64,000 bases of DNA from an uncultured delta proteobacterium (GTDB taxonomy: Bacteria > Myxococcota > B64-G9): contig CAVWHX010000004.1 in NCBI GenBank assembly GCA_963754925.1, positions 224,001-288,000 on the forward strand, given 5' to 3'. How positions within the stretch are numbered: position 1 is the first letter of the stretch; every line of letters begins with the position of its first letter. This document shows, piece by piece, positions 38,553 to 47,587 of this stretch. Position numbers and translations under genes: made by a program. The notes under the pieces are model-generated. The model ran no database searches and had not been told where the DNA came from. It saw only the letters and a list, made by a program, of their open reading frames with translations.

Positions 38553-39505
38553 CGAAAATCGGAACCCGCGGCAGCGCGTTGGCGTTGGCGCAAACCCGTC
38601 AGGTGCAACAGCGTCTGCCGGCGCTCTGCGAGGTGGTTATCGTTCATACCTCGGGCGATCGTGCAAAAGAGCAGGCGCTTTACGAAAACGAAGATATTGG
38701 CTTCTTCACCAAGGAAATCGAGGTCGCGCTCCTCAAACGGCACATCGATTGTGCGGTCCACTCTCTCAAGGATCTGCCGGTTACGCTGGCGACGGGCTTG
38801 TCGCTGGGAGCGGTTTTAGAACGAGCCGAGACCTCGGATGTGTTGCTCCTTCGGCCGGAGGCATTTGATCCAGCGTATGCGCTGCCCCTCAAGGCCGGAT
38901 CGCAGGTAGGTGTGTCTTCCGTGCGTCGTCAAACCTATGTACACACTCTCCGCGACGACGTACACACCAAACCAATCCGCGGCAATGTGGGAACGCGCCT
39001 TGAAAAGGTACAACGGGGTGATTACGACGCCACTATTCTGGCGCGGGCAGGACTCGTGCGGCTTGGCCTCGGGACCGCAGGACTGCTGGCATTTGATCTC
39101 AATCCAGACATCTGGATCTCGGCAGCCGGTCAGGGAGCTATCGCCGTGGAGGTTCGAGAAGACGACCGGGAGATGATAGAACAGGTCCGCACCCTCAACG
39201 ACGCCGTCGCTTCCGGCTGCGTGCAGCTGGAACGCGCGCTGCTTAAAACGTTTGGTGGCGGATGCCACGCTCCCTTTGGGGCGTGGACGCGCTGGGAAGG
39301 TAATCAGTTCACCTTGAAGCTCGCGGCCCCCGGTGCAGATGGAGGTATGAGCATTTCAAGCTTCAGCGCGCCCGCAGTGCACGAGCTTTCTCAAATCGCG
39401 CTATCCTATCTTCAGATTGGGCGTTTGAACGCTGGCATACCCATGGATCAGCTGATCCGCGAAAGGGATGTATGGATCGCGCAAACGGCCCGGCCGTGGT
39501 GCTGA
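38537..39505 (+). CDS. hemC: Hydroxymethylbilane synthase
   Basis: IGTRGSALALAQ, FTKEIE, AVHSLKDLP, RGNVGTRL, GGCHAP. Confidence 0.95.
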   Translation: MDGRIAKIGTRGSALALAQTRQVQQRLPALCEVVIVHTSGDRAKEQALYENEDIGFFTKEIEVALLKRHIDCAVHSLKDLPVTLATGLSLGAVLERAETSDVLLLRPEAFDPAYALPLKAGSQVGVSSVRRQTYVHTLRDDVHTKPIRGNVGTRLEKVQRGDYDATILARAGLVRLGLGTAGLLAFDLNPDIWISAAGQGAIAVEVREDDREMIEQVRTLNDAVASGCVQLERALLKTFGGGCHAPFGAWTRWEGNQFTLKLAAPGADGGMSISSFSAPAVHELSQIALSYLQIGRLNAGIPMDQLIRERDVWIAQTARPWC

Positions 39506-40329
39506 CTCGGCAACACGAAGACAATCAAGAATTGGCGGCCGCCTTGACGGCGCGCGGCGTCGTGGTGCGCGAGATCCCGTGCTTGGCCACGCGGTATCTT
39601 TCTCCGAAAGAACCGAATACGAAAAATCCCGATGCCGTGGTATTCACGAGTCGGCACGGGGTGCGTGGATTTTTCAACCAAGAGTGCGCTGGGTCCTGTC
39701 GCCTCGCATCCTTAGAGACTGTAGCGAGCGAAGCGAAGCGTACAGACTCTTATCCTGTGCGGCCCGGCGGTGCTCGCATTCGCTCCGCGCAGCCAAGTCG
39801 CACGCCGGCGGGGGGGCCCCTGCTCGGCGCCTCCCAGCGCGTCCTGATAGCGGCGGTTGGTCGGGCGACTGCTCGTGAAATTCAGTCGCACGATGTTCCG
39901 GTTGATCTGGTTGCCGACCCGCCCGAAGGCGCCGTGCTGGCCAATCTATTGATAAACGCTCTGCCGGCGGGGTCGCGCGTGCTCTTGGTCCGAGGAAACC
40001 TCCGAACCGGCGAGATCGATAGCCTGCTCGGTGAAGCAGGCTTCAAGCTTGAGGATCTGATTGTGTATGAGAATGTCGACGTGCCCATCGTAGCGCTTCA
40101 ACCATTTCCCGTGGCGGCGGTATTCATTGCTTCCCCGTCGGCGGCACAACGCCTGCTATCGGCTAATCCGTGGATGAGGAATGCCCGTATGTTCACCATT
40201 GGCAAAACCACAGCCCAGGCCCTTAGATCGCTCGGCGACAGCAACGTCGAAGAAATTGGCGCGGACCCGCGTCAATGGTTAGAAGTTCTTTTTCACGCCT
40301 ATCAAAAGGCAGCCGTTCCGGGGGAGTGA
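39472..40329 (+). CDS. hemD: Uroporphyrinogen-III synthase carrying an in-frame palindromic insertion
   Basis: VLTR, VVFTS..GV, AAVG.ATA, VYEN, ASPSA, IGKTTA; 57 residues between 'FF' and 'IAAVG'. Confidence 0.85.
   Translation: MDRANGPAVVLTRQHEDNQELAAALTARGVVVREIPCLATRYLSPKEPNTKNPDAVVFTSRHGVRGFFNQECAGSCRLASLETVASEAKRTDSYPVRPGGARIRSAQPSRTPAGGPLLGASQRVLIAAVGRATAREIQSHDVPVDLVADPPEGAVLANLLINALPAGSRVLLVRGNLRTGEIDSLLGEAGFKLEDLIVYENVDVPIVALQPFPVAAVFIASPSAAQRLLSANPWMRNARMFTIGKTTAQALRSLGDSNVEEIGADPRQWLEVLFHAYQKAAVPGE
39686..39840 (+). mobile_element. Composite palindromic element B containing module A copy 5 (39712-39755), inside hemD
   Basis: 8-bp terminal IR GCGCTGGG/CCCAGCGC; arms match the reverse complement of 45604-45707; mobility inferred only. 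Confidence 0.75.
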
Positions 40330-40332
40330 CCC

Positions 40333-41616
40333 ATGGATCGATCACGATCTCGTTCCGCGGAACTTTACCAACAAGCATCGAAAATCATGCCCGGAGGCGT
40401 TTCCAGCCCGGTACGGGCTTTTCGGAGTGTATCCGGCACGCCGATATTCGTTCGGGATGCCCGGGGCGCCCGCTTCCACGATGAAGACGGCAATACCTAT
40501 GTTGATTACTGCATGTCGTGGGGTCCTCTGCTGTTGGGGCACAGCCACCCAGCGGTCGTCGCAGCGGTCTGCGAGGCTGCGAACGCGGGCCTGTCCTTTG
40601 GCGCATGTTCGCGGCGAGAGATCGAGTTGGCGGAATTGATCCTTTCTGCCTTTAAGAACATGGACCAGCTACGATTCGTCAGTTCGGGCACCGAGGCGGT
40701 GATGACCGCCGTTCGTTTGGCGCGCGGGGCGACCGGCCGATCAAAGATTCTCAAGTTCGCGGGGGGCTATCACGGCCACTCCGACTCAATGTTGGTCAAG
40801 GCCGGGAGCGGCCTCGTGACCTTCGGCACGTCATCCAGCCTGGGCGTTCCTGAAACGGTTGCGTCCGAAACCATCGTGTGCCCCTTTGACGATGAGGAAA
40901 TCCTGACTCAAACGTTCGCAGCATTTGGTCCTATGCTCGCCGCCGCCATTGTCGAACCGCTTCCGGCCAACAACGGGTTGCTCGAACAGCGTCCTGACTG
41001 GCTACATCGGTTGCGTGAACTGTGCGACCGGCACGGCGCCCTGCTTATATTCGACGAGGTGATTTCCGGTTTTCGGCTGCGGTTTGGCGGGTATGGCGAC
41101 TCGCTGGGGATATCCGCCGATATCATCACCCTCGGTAAAATCATCGGAGGCGGAATGCCGGTTGGGGCGCTCGTGGGACCGAAACACTTGATGGAACACC
41201 TGGCCCCCGTGGGAAACGTGTATCAGGCAGGAACCCTCTCGGGCAACCCCGTGGCCATGGCGGCAGGTGCAGCGACGCTTTCCTTACTCCGCAGTGAAGA
41301 AGTATATCAACAGATCGAATTGCTCGGGCGCTTGCTCGATAGCGCTTTAACCCAAGCTCGCTTACAAGTCCCCTTCATAAACTGGCGCAGAGTAGGTTCG
41401 GTGGTTTGGCTCCATCTGGCGGAAGGTCCGGTGCCGCGAAGCGCCGATGCCATTCTCCCTGAAGCGATAGAGAGGTTCAAGCGGGTCCACGGCTTCGCGT
41501 TAGACCGCGGCATCTATTTGCCTCCATCGGCATTTGAGGTGTTTTTTCTCTCGGCTGCGCACTCTCAAACTGATATACACGATCTGGCGAAGACCATCAC
41601 CGAGGCTTTACGGTAG
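40333..41616 (+). CDS. hemL: Glutamate-1-semialdehyde 2,1-aminomutase
   Basis: PGGVSSPVRAF, SGTEA, YHGH.D, FDEVISGFR, GKIIGGG.P, YQAGTLSGNP. Confidence 0.96.
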   Translation: MDRSRSRSAELYQQASKIMPGGVSSPVRAFRSVSGTPIFVRDARGARFHDEDGNTYVDYCMSWGPLLLGHSHPAVVAAVCEAANAGLSFGACSRREIELAELILSAFKNMDQLRFVSSGTEAVMTAVRLARGATGRSKILKFAGGYHGHSDSMLVKAGSGLVTFGTSSSLGVPETVASETIVCPFDDEEILTQTFAAFGPMLAAAIVEPLPANNGLLEQRPDWLHRLRELCDRHGALLIFDEVISGFRLRFGGYGDSLGISADIITLGKIIGGGMPVGALVGPKHLMEHLAPVGNVYQAGTLSGNPVAMAAGAATLSLLRSEEVYQQIELLGRLLDSALTQARLQVPFINWRRVGSVVWLHLAEGPVPRSADAILPEAIERFKRVHGFALDRGIYLPPSAFEVFFLSAAHSQTDIHDLAKTITEALR

Positions 41617-41623
41617 TATCGCT

Positions 41624-42763
41624 ATGATGAACAAGCAACCCGTATACCACTTATTGTTTGGTATTTCCATCGCGGCTCTGGTTGCGCTCGGGACCTGGTG
41701 GGCTGTTTTTTTAAAACATTCTATTGAGTTAGAAAAAAATGACAAAATCAACGAGCTACGCTATGCGGTTGAAAAAACCGCATTGATACTTGGCCGGGCC
41801 GATAACCTTCCTCACCCGGGCCCCGTGCCAGGGGCCATATCCTTGGAAGTTATCGCCGCCTCCCCTTCGGCGGGGGAAGATCAGATTGCGGCCACACTCA
41901 TACCCAACTACCCGATGTTTGCGGTGCGCGTCGCACCGGGCGAGATCCAACGAATCAATACCAAGCTCGCGCGACGCAGGATCATGGTGATTGGGGAGGG
42001 ATCGCTCCTGTTTTTCCTCCTCGGAATTTGCACCATCATGCTGTATCGACTGGTGCGGCAAGAGCATCGCCATATGATGGATATGGAGGTTTTTATCGCT
42101 ACGGTCACGCATGAAATGAAGACTCCCCTGACCGGGATTAAATCGTTGCTCCAAACCTTTTCTGCAGGCAACGTGCCTGAAGCAGAGGAGGCGAAGCTCT
42201 ATGCGATGGGGCTTAAAGAGACCGAGCGGCTCGAGCACATGGTTGAAAATATAATTATTTCGGGGCGAATTCAGGGCGGCCGATACCAAGTTCAACGCCA
42301 GGTCATCGAACTAAAACCATTCCTCCACCACTTTATCGAACATCGGAGAAAGTATTTGGCGGACCAGCCGGATTCGCTCCGGTTGCTGTGGGAAACCCGA
42401 CAGACCGCTCCAAAAGTGAACGCCGATCCTCATGCGCTGCAGGTTATTCTCGAAAACCTCACCGACAACGCCTTCAAGTACGGGGGGCCGTCTCCCGACG
42501 TATGCTTGATGGTGGAGAACGCGGATAACCGGTTGCGTATCTCAATCACCGACACCGGTGTAGGCTTTGAACCCGCCAAAGCCGAAAATCTCTTCATTCC
42601 TTTTGTTCGAGTCACCAATCTGCAGCCTAACATCCAGCATGGAACTGGTTTGGGGCTGGCGATCGCCCGCGCGCTTGCGCGCCAGATGGACGGGGATATT
42701 TTAGCCGAAAGTGAAGGCCTCGGAAAAGGCAGTCGGTTTTCTCTGATATTACCGCAGGTCTGA
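41624..42763 (+). CDS. Membrane sensor histidine kinase
   Basis: Two TM segments; THEMKTPL H-box; NLTDNAFKY, DTGVG, GTGLGL. Confidence 0.9.
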   Translation: MMNKQPVYHLLFGISIAALVALGTWWAVFLKHSIELEKNDKINELRYAVEKTALILGRADNLPHPGPVPGAISLEVIAASPSAGEDQIAATLIPNYPMFAVRVAPGEIQRINTKLARRRIMVIGEGSLLFFLLGICTIMLYRLVRQEHRHMMDMEVFIATVTHEMKTPLTGIKSLLQTFSAGNVPEAEEAKLYAMGLKETERLEHMVENIIISGRIQGGRYQVQRQVIELKPFLHHFIEHRRKYLADQPDSLRLLWETRQTAPKVNADPHALQVILENLTDNAFKYGGPSPDVCLMVENADNRLRISITDTGVGFEPAKAENLFIPFVRVTNLQPNIQHGTGLGLAIARALARQMDGDILAESEGLGKGSRFSLILPQV

Positions 42764-42815
42764 TTGTTAACGGATCGTAATACTCAGCGAAGGCTTGCTG
42801 TGGTGTCGTTCGGTA

Positions 42816-44393
42816 TTACGGAACGTCCGCGCGCACCGCTTCCACCAGGATCGTCAGTCCATCGACCACGTTGAGGAAGTGTTTCTGGACCACGGCAATC
42901 GTATCGCTGGCAACCTTTTGAACGTAGTCGGCATGGGTAGGATAGAGTAACTGGAGCGTGGCTTCACTAAAGGGGATCGTAAATCCGGAAAGGTTACAAA
43001 TGAGATCGCCCGGGCTGTTGACAAACCAAGTGCTTATGGGAACGTCGACATACGGTGTGCGTACTCCACCCACGGCGTTGCCAAACTGATCTAATAGGGT
43101 CGGCGGATAGCCGGCAGGAGGGTTGGCCTGCACTTCGATGTAATCACCGTGCGGTGGGAGAACGCCTTTACGCACCCATAGATCCAGATTTGTCAATACA
43201 GCGTCGAAAAGCATGCCGAACGGGAACAGACTTCTCGGCAATCCATAATAACACCCGGTTTCCGGATACGGTCGGTTCGCTTTAAGAACGTCTGCCACTG
43301 CCGGCCCAAAATCAAGCTCTGCCTGGGTGGCGTGGCTTGCGCCGGCGACTTCGTAATACCGGAACATAGTCGGGAAGGTATCGCTGTCGGGTTGCCGTAT
43401 GGCGATGGCCAGGTAGTATTCACTTTGCGACATCATGCGCATCACCGGAACGCCGGCATTTAAAATAAACCAGCGCGGGTCAGTCGCTGTAAGCGCCGCA
43501 GCGCCGGAGACTGCAAGCGCCGGGAAGCATTGATTAATGGGAATCATTCCAGCAAAGGTGCCGATTACATAACCGTCGTACAACGGCTTGCCGTTCGCCT
43601 GCACATCAAGCGGATGAAAGGTGTTGATGTAGGTTTGGAGGTATCCGCCGGACTGCGAATAACCGAATCCATAGAGGTGCTTAATTTTATAACTATGCAA
43701 TGGATTCTGGGCAACGTTACTGCGTAAGAGAGCTCCCAGCTGGCTGAACATATCCCAGGACAGACCGTTTTCGGTATATTGTGAGCTGTCGGCCGGCAAC
43801 CCTGTGGTTGCTGTGCAGTTACGCGGATCGCTCAACGGCAGAGGATTCAGCATCGCCAGCGCGGCATAGCGCGTCGGATTAAAGGATTTGAGGGCGTCAA
43901 TGGCGATAGGCCTGATGGTGATGCCGACCCACACGTCGCCATTACGCATGAACTGATCGTGGGAAAAAGCCCAGCCGATTTCGAGATCGAAGTAATTCGT
44001 TGGATTCAGAATTTCGACGATCACATTGCCGCTGAACCGCGCAGGATTTGCCGGACGGCGAACGAGAATGCGCGTTGCATACGGAGCATCTGTTGATTGC
44101 ACCACAGCTGGTCCGTAAGCACCTTTTGCGAGGTCGTACACCCAATTGTATACGTTGGCCTTGCCGCTTACGATGAATTCCTCCTCAACATAACCGAGTT
44201 TCGACAGATCCATGGGAACTTTCAAGTGATCGGCAGCGCCGAACGGGTACGAGTTCGCGGTTACTTTAATGGGGCCAGTAACCGTCGGAATCGGCGTCGC
44301 AGCATAGGTTGTGACCGCTGTCAGAAAAACGAAACAACCTACCATTACAAGAACTTTCTTCATACCATACAATCCGATTCGTCTCGCTCTCAT
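42816..44393 (-). CDS. Secreted alpha/beta-hydrolase-domain protein
   Basis: Signal peptide; GYVEEEF..SG.A, FSGNVIVE..N, GYSQSG nucleophile elbow, YEVAGASH, GNAVGGVR.P; AGGAGG RBS before ATG 44393. Confidence 0.75.
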   Translation of the reverse strand: MRARRIGLYGMKKVLVMVGCFVFLTAVTTYAATPIPTVTGPIKVTANSYPFGAADHLKVPMDLSKLGYVEEEFIVSGKANVYNWVYDLAKGAYGPAVVQSTDAPYATRILVRRPANPARFSGNVIVEILNPTNYFDLEIGWAFSHDQFMRNGDVWVGITIRPIAIDALKSFNPTRYAALAMLNPLPLSDPRNCTATTGLPADSSQYTENGLSWDMFSQLGALLRSNVAQNPLHSYKIKHLYGFGYSQSGGYLQTYINTFHPLDVQANGKPLYDGYVIGTFAGMIPINQCFPALAVSGAAALTATDPRWFILNAGVPVMRMMSQSEYYLAIAIRQPDSDTFPTMFRYYEVAGASHATQAELDFGPAVADVLKANRPYPETGCYYGLPRSLFPFGMLFDAVLTNLDLWVRKGVLPPHGDYIEVQANPPAGYPPTLLDQFGNAVGGVRTPYVDVPISTWFVNSPGDLICNLSGFTIPFSEATLQLLYPTHADYVQKVASDTIAVVQKHFLNVVDGLTILVEAVRADVP

Positions 44394-44884
44394 CGATTTT
44401 CCTCCTTTGGTTATTAATAATTCGCCTCTTTTACCCAACAACAGCCAACCGATATGTCGTTTAGAATTAATGAAAAATGTTCAACAAATAATCAGATTTA
44501 AAAAATGACCATCAAAACTGCACACATGATCTAATCATGTTGAACATGAGGTGAGCACATATCTAACTTCAATCGAACATAAATATTATACCCAGTGGGT
44601 AAGTTAATGTCAATATCTTTTGAGGGTTAACAATTTCTATTTTATTTTTATATTACAATATGTTATAGTTGACAAAGTAATCAAGAAATAGGGGTGGATT
44701 CCCTTTTGTTTCTTACGAGATAGAATTTATGGTTACGGAGAAGCTAGTCATATAATTTATCTAATTATTAAGAATAGTTATCAAAATAATTTCAAGTTTG
44801 ACTCAAGACATACAGCGAGATAGGATGCATCGATAGCGGCAAGCCTGGAACAGGCGGCAGGCTTTTCGATACGATGCCGGAGGC

Positions 44885-45580
44885 TTGATGGCAAACGGGC
44901 GAGTGTTGCTCATCGAAGACGAAGAACTGGTCGGCACCATGGTCCGCCTCAATCTCCAAGGCGCCGGCTTCGAGACGGTCTGGCTGAAAAACGGCCACGA
45001 GGCGCTTCGGATAATATCCAAGAATAACTTTGATCTGATCTTATTGGACATAACACTGCCGGGAATGGGCGGTTTGGAGGTGTTGGAAAAAATTCGCCGT
45101 CGCGAAATCACGACGCCAGTCATGATGCTCACCGCCCGTGGCGAGGTGCAAACCAAGGTGGAGGCCTTCACTATCGGCGCCGACGACTATCTGCCAAAAC
45201 CTTTCGACGTGGCTGAACTAGTCGCCCGGGTTCAAGCATTGGTCAGGCGTTCCCAAGCGGAGCGCGAGATTCCATCCGATCAGATCGTGCGCTTCGAATC
45301 ATACGAAATCAATTTGGCCACGCGTGAGGCGGTCTCAAACACCGGTCCTATTGTCCTTTCCGAAAAGGAGGCTGCCCTCGTTCGCCAGCTGGTGCGCGCC
45401 CAAGGTCAGGTGCTTGCCCGCGCGGACATACTCGATGAGGTATGGGGGATGGACACCTACCCCACCGAGCGGACCGTGGACAACTTCATTGTGCGGTTGC
45501 GTAAGCTCTTTGAACCGGACCCAGAAAACCCCAAACACTTTCTTACCGTCCGCGGGACGGGCTATCGGTTCAATCCATGA
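44885..45580 (+). CDS. OmpR/PhoB family response regulator
   Basis: LIEDE, LLDITLP, GADDYLPKPF, RTVDNFIVRLRK, TVRGTGY. Confidence 0.93.
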   Translation: MMANGRVLLIEDEELVGTMVRLNLQGAGFETVWLKNGHEALRIISKNNFDLILLDITLPGMGGLEVLEKIRRREITTPVMMLTARGEVQTKVEAFTIGADDYLPKPFDVAELVARVQALVRRSQAEREIPSDQIVRFESYEINLATREAVSNTGPIVLSEKEAALVRQLVRAQGQVLARADILDEVWGMDTYPTERTVDNFIVRLRKLFEPDPENPKHFLTVRGTGYRFNP

Positions 45581-45603
45581 ACCGTTATCATTCAGGTAAT
45601 ATG

Positions 45604-45707
45604 GCGCTGGGTGACGCTGAGCAGGGGGCCCCCCGCCGGCGCGGAATCATCGCGATGTTTCCGATGATGAGCACCGCCGGGGGATGCGAGGTGGCAGGAC
45701 CCGGCGC
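45604..45707 (-). repeat. Intergenic copy of palindromic element B upstream of hemB
   Basis: GCGCTGGG...CCCGGCGC ends; reverse complement matches the hemD insert arms 23/26 and 34/38 nt. Confidence 0.8.
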
Positions 45708-45757
45708 ATACTTGTTCATGAAAGGTTTTTATCGAGCGTCAACCCAAGAGGTGCCAG

Positions 45758-46726
45758 ATGTTTCCAACGCATAGACCCCGGAGGCTGCGCAGCTCTCCGC
45801 TCCTACGTGCTGTGGTGCGAGAGACGCAGGTGCACCCTGACGACCTGATCCACCCGCTCTTTGTTCAAGAAAACTTAGCCAGGCCCGAGCCGATCGACAC
45901 CCTCCCCGGCCAGAACCGGCACACCCTGGAATCGATGCTTAGCGAAGCAGACAAAGCCGTCCAGGCCGGCATAAAAGCCATCTTGTTGTTTGGCATACCG
46001 GAGAAGAAGGACGCCGTCGGAAGCAGTGCGTACGCCGAAACCGGCATCATTCAGAAAGCGGTGGCAAGCATCAAGAACCGAAAGTTTCCGCTGTTGGTCA
46101 TCACCGACGTTTGCCTGTGCGAATACACCGCGCATGGGCACTGCGGGTTAATTAAGGATGGGGAGGTCGACAACGACGCAACCCTGGATCTTATCGCCAA
46201 GACCGCCCTTTCCCACGCCCAAGCCGGGGCGGACATCGTGGCTCCCAGCGATATGATGGATGGAAGGGTCAGGGCGATTCGCGAGACTCTGGATCGCGCC
46301 GGTTTGCAGAATGTGGTCATCCTTTCCTACGCGGCTAAATATGCGAGCAGTTTTTACGGCCCCTTCCGGGAGGCCGCAGGCTCCGCCCCGCAGTTTGGAG
46401 ACCGCCTTGCCTATCAGATGGATCCCGCAAACAAACGCGAGGCGTTAAAGGAAGTCCTGTTGGACATCGAAGAGGGCGCGGATCTGATTATGGTCAAACC
46501 TGCCCTCGCCTATCTCGACATCGTGCATATGGTCAAGCACGCTACCTCGGTGCCGGTGGCCGCATACAACGTCAGCGGCGAATATGCCATGATTGAATTT
46601 GCGGCCAAAGCGGGCGCCCTCGACCGCGAGCGGGCCATCCGTGAGGTGCTGGTATCGATTAAACGCGCCGGCGCCGATCTGATCCTCACCTACCATGCGC
46701 TGGAAGCGGCGAAGTGGGCTTGGTAA
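45758..46726 (+). CDS. hemB: Porphobilinogen synthase, Zn-binding type
   Basis: [51 protein letters not shown]. Confidence 0.97.
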   Translation: MFPTHRPRRLRSSPLLRAVVRETQVHPDDLIHPLFVQENLARPEPIDTLPGQNRHTLESMLSEADKAVQAGIKAILLFGIPEKKDAVGSSAYAETGIIQKAVASIKNRKFPLLVITDVCLCEYTAHGHCGLIKDGEVDNDATLDLIAKTALSHAQAGADIVAPSDMMDGRVRAIRETLDRAGLQNVVILSYAAKYASSFYGPFREAAGSAPQFGDRLAYQMDPANKREALKEVLLDIEEGADLIMVKPALAYLDIVHMVKHATSVPVAAYNVSGEYAMIEFAAKAGALDRERAIREVLVSIKRAGADLILTYHALEAAKWAW

Positions 46727-46736
46727 GCCCAAAGAG

Positions 46737-47453
46737 CTACTTTTTCCAGAATTTGTTGAAAAACTCTAGGAATCCTCGACGCTCATAAGCAAGAGATTCC
46801 TCAAGGGTTGCCCTGTTGCGGTGCTCTATGAGGTTTTTCATGGTCAGGAGCATCTCCGGATTTTGCGCTGCGATGTATCCCGCGATTTCCTTCGCCCGCG
46901 GGACCAGCCGGTCGGCCGGCACCACCTCGTTTACCAATCCAATCCGCAGCGCCTCTGATGCCGATATAAACTGGCAGGTAAGCGACATCTGTTTGGCCAT
47001 CCGCTGGCCGACAGCCTCCTGAAGAAGCTGGCTCATGCCCCATCCCGGATGGATACCCATTTTCACATGCGTATCGGCGAAGGACGCTTGTTCCGAGGCG
47101 ATGAGAAAATCGCAGTTGAGCGCCAGTTCGAAACCGCCGGTCATGGTGGCGCCGTTGATTGCGCCGATAATCGGCTTTTCGCATGCGTCGAAGACATCAA
47201 GCATGTCCTGGCCATCGCCCCGGGGATCGGTGAGGTTCTCGGTCGCAATCGCCTTCAGATCCAGTCCCGAGCAGAAGCCCGGGCCCGCACCCGTGAGGAC
47301 GGCCGCCCTGATATCGATGTCCCCGGCAACCGCATCAATATAATGATACAAGTTCGCGAGCAGGTCCTGATTGAGTGCGTTACGCCGCTCAGGGCGGTTC
47401 AAGGTAATAAGCGCTACGCCGTTTTCTTTTTCGAAAAGAACCGTCTTATTCAT
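46737..47453 (-). CDS. Enoyl-CoA hydratase/isomerase family protein
   Basis: LNRPERRNAL, FCSGLDL, TGGFELAL.CD, FADTH. Confidence 0.9.
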   Translation of the reverse strand: MNKTVLFEKENGVALITLNRPERRNALNQDLLANLYHYIDAVAGDIDIRAAVLTGAGPGFCSGLDLKAIATENLTDPRGDGQDMLDVFDACEKPIIGAINGATMTGGFELALNCDFLIASEQASFADTHVKMGIHPGWGMSQLLQEAVGQRMAKQMSLTCQFISASEALRIGLVNEVVPADRLVPRAKEIAGYIAAQNPEMLLTMKNLIEHRNRATLEESLAYERRGFLEFFNKFWKK

Positions 47454-47587
47454 AGGCGAATGTTCCTGTTGTAACTTAGTTGGTGCCAGGATTGCCCATT
47501 CGGGCCTTCCGTTTGGTCCAATTTTTTCATCACTACCATTTCCGGCGTTTTGGCGCCATCTCCTTTTTCAGGGCGGGGATGCATTCG

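Noticed and set aside
39686..39840. Intein or self-splicing intron as the explanation for the hemD insert
   Set aside because: Too short, lacks the intein C-terminal His-Asn motif and group I/II intron ends; matches dispersed palindromes instead
45577..45774. 65-aa ORF linking the regulator and hemB
   Set aside because: About half is palindromic element B and it has no recognisable motif; the ATGA overlap may be chance
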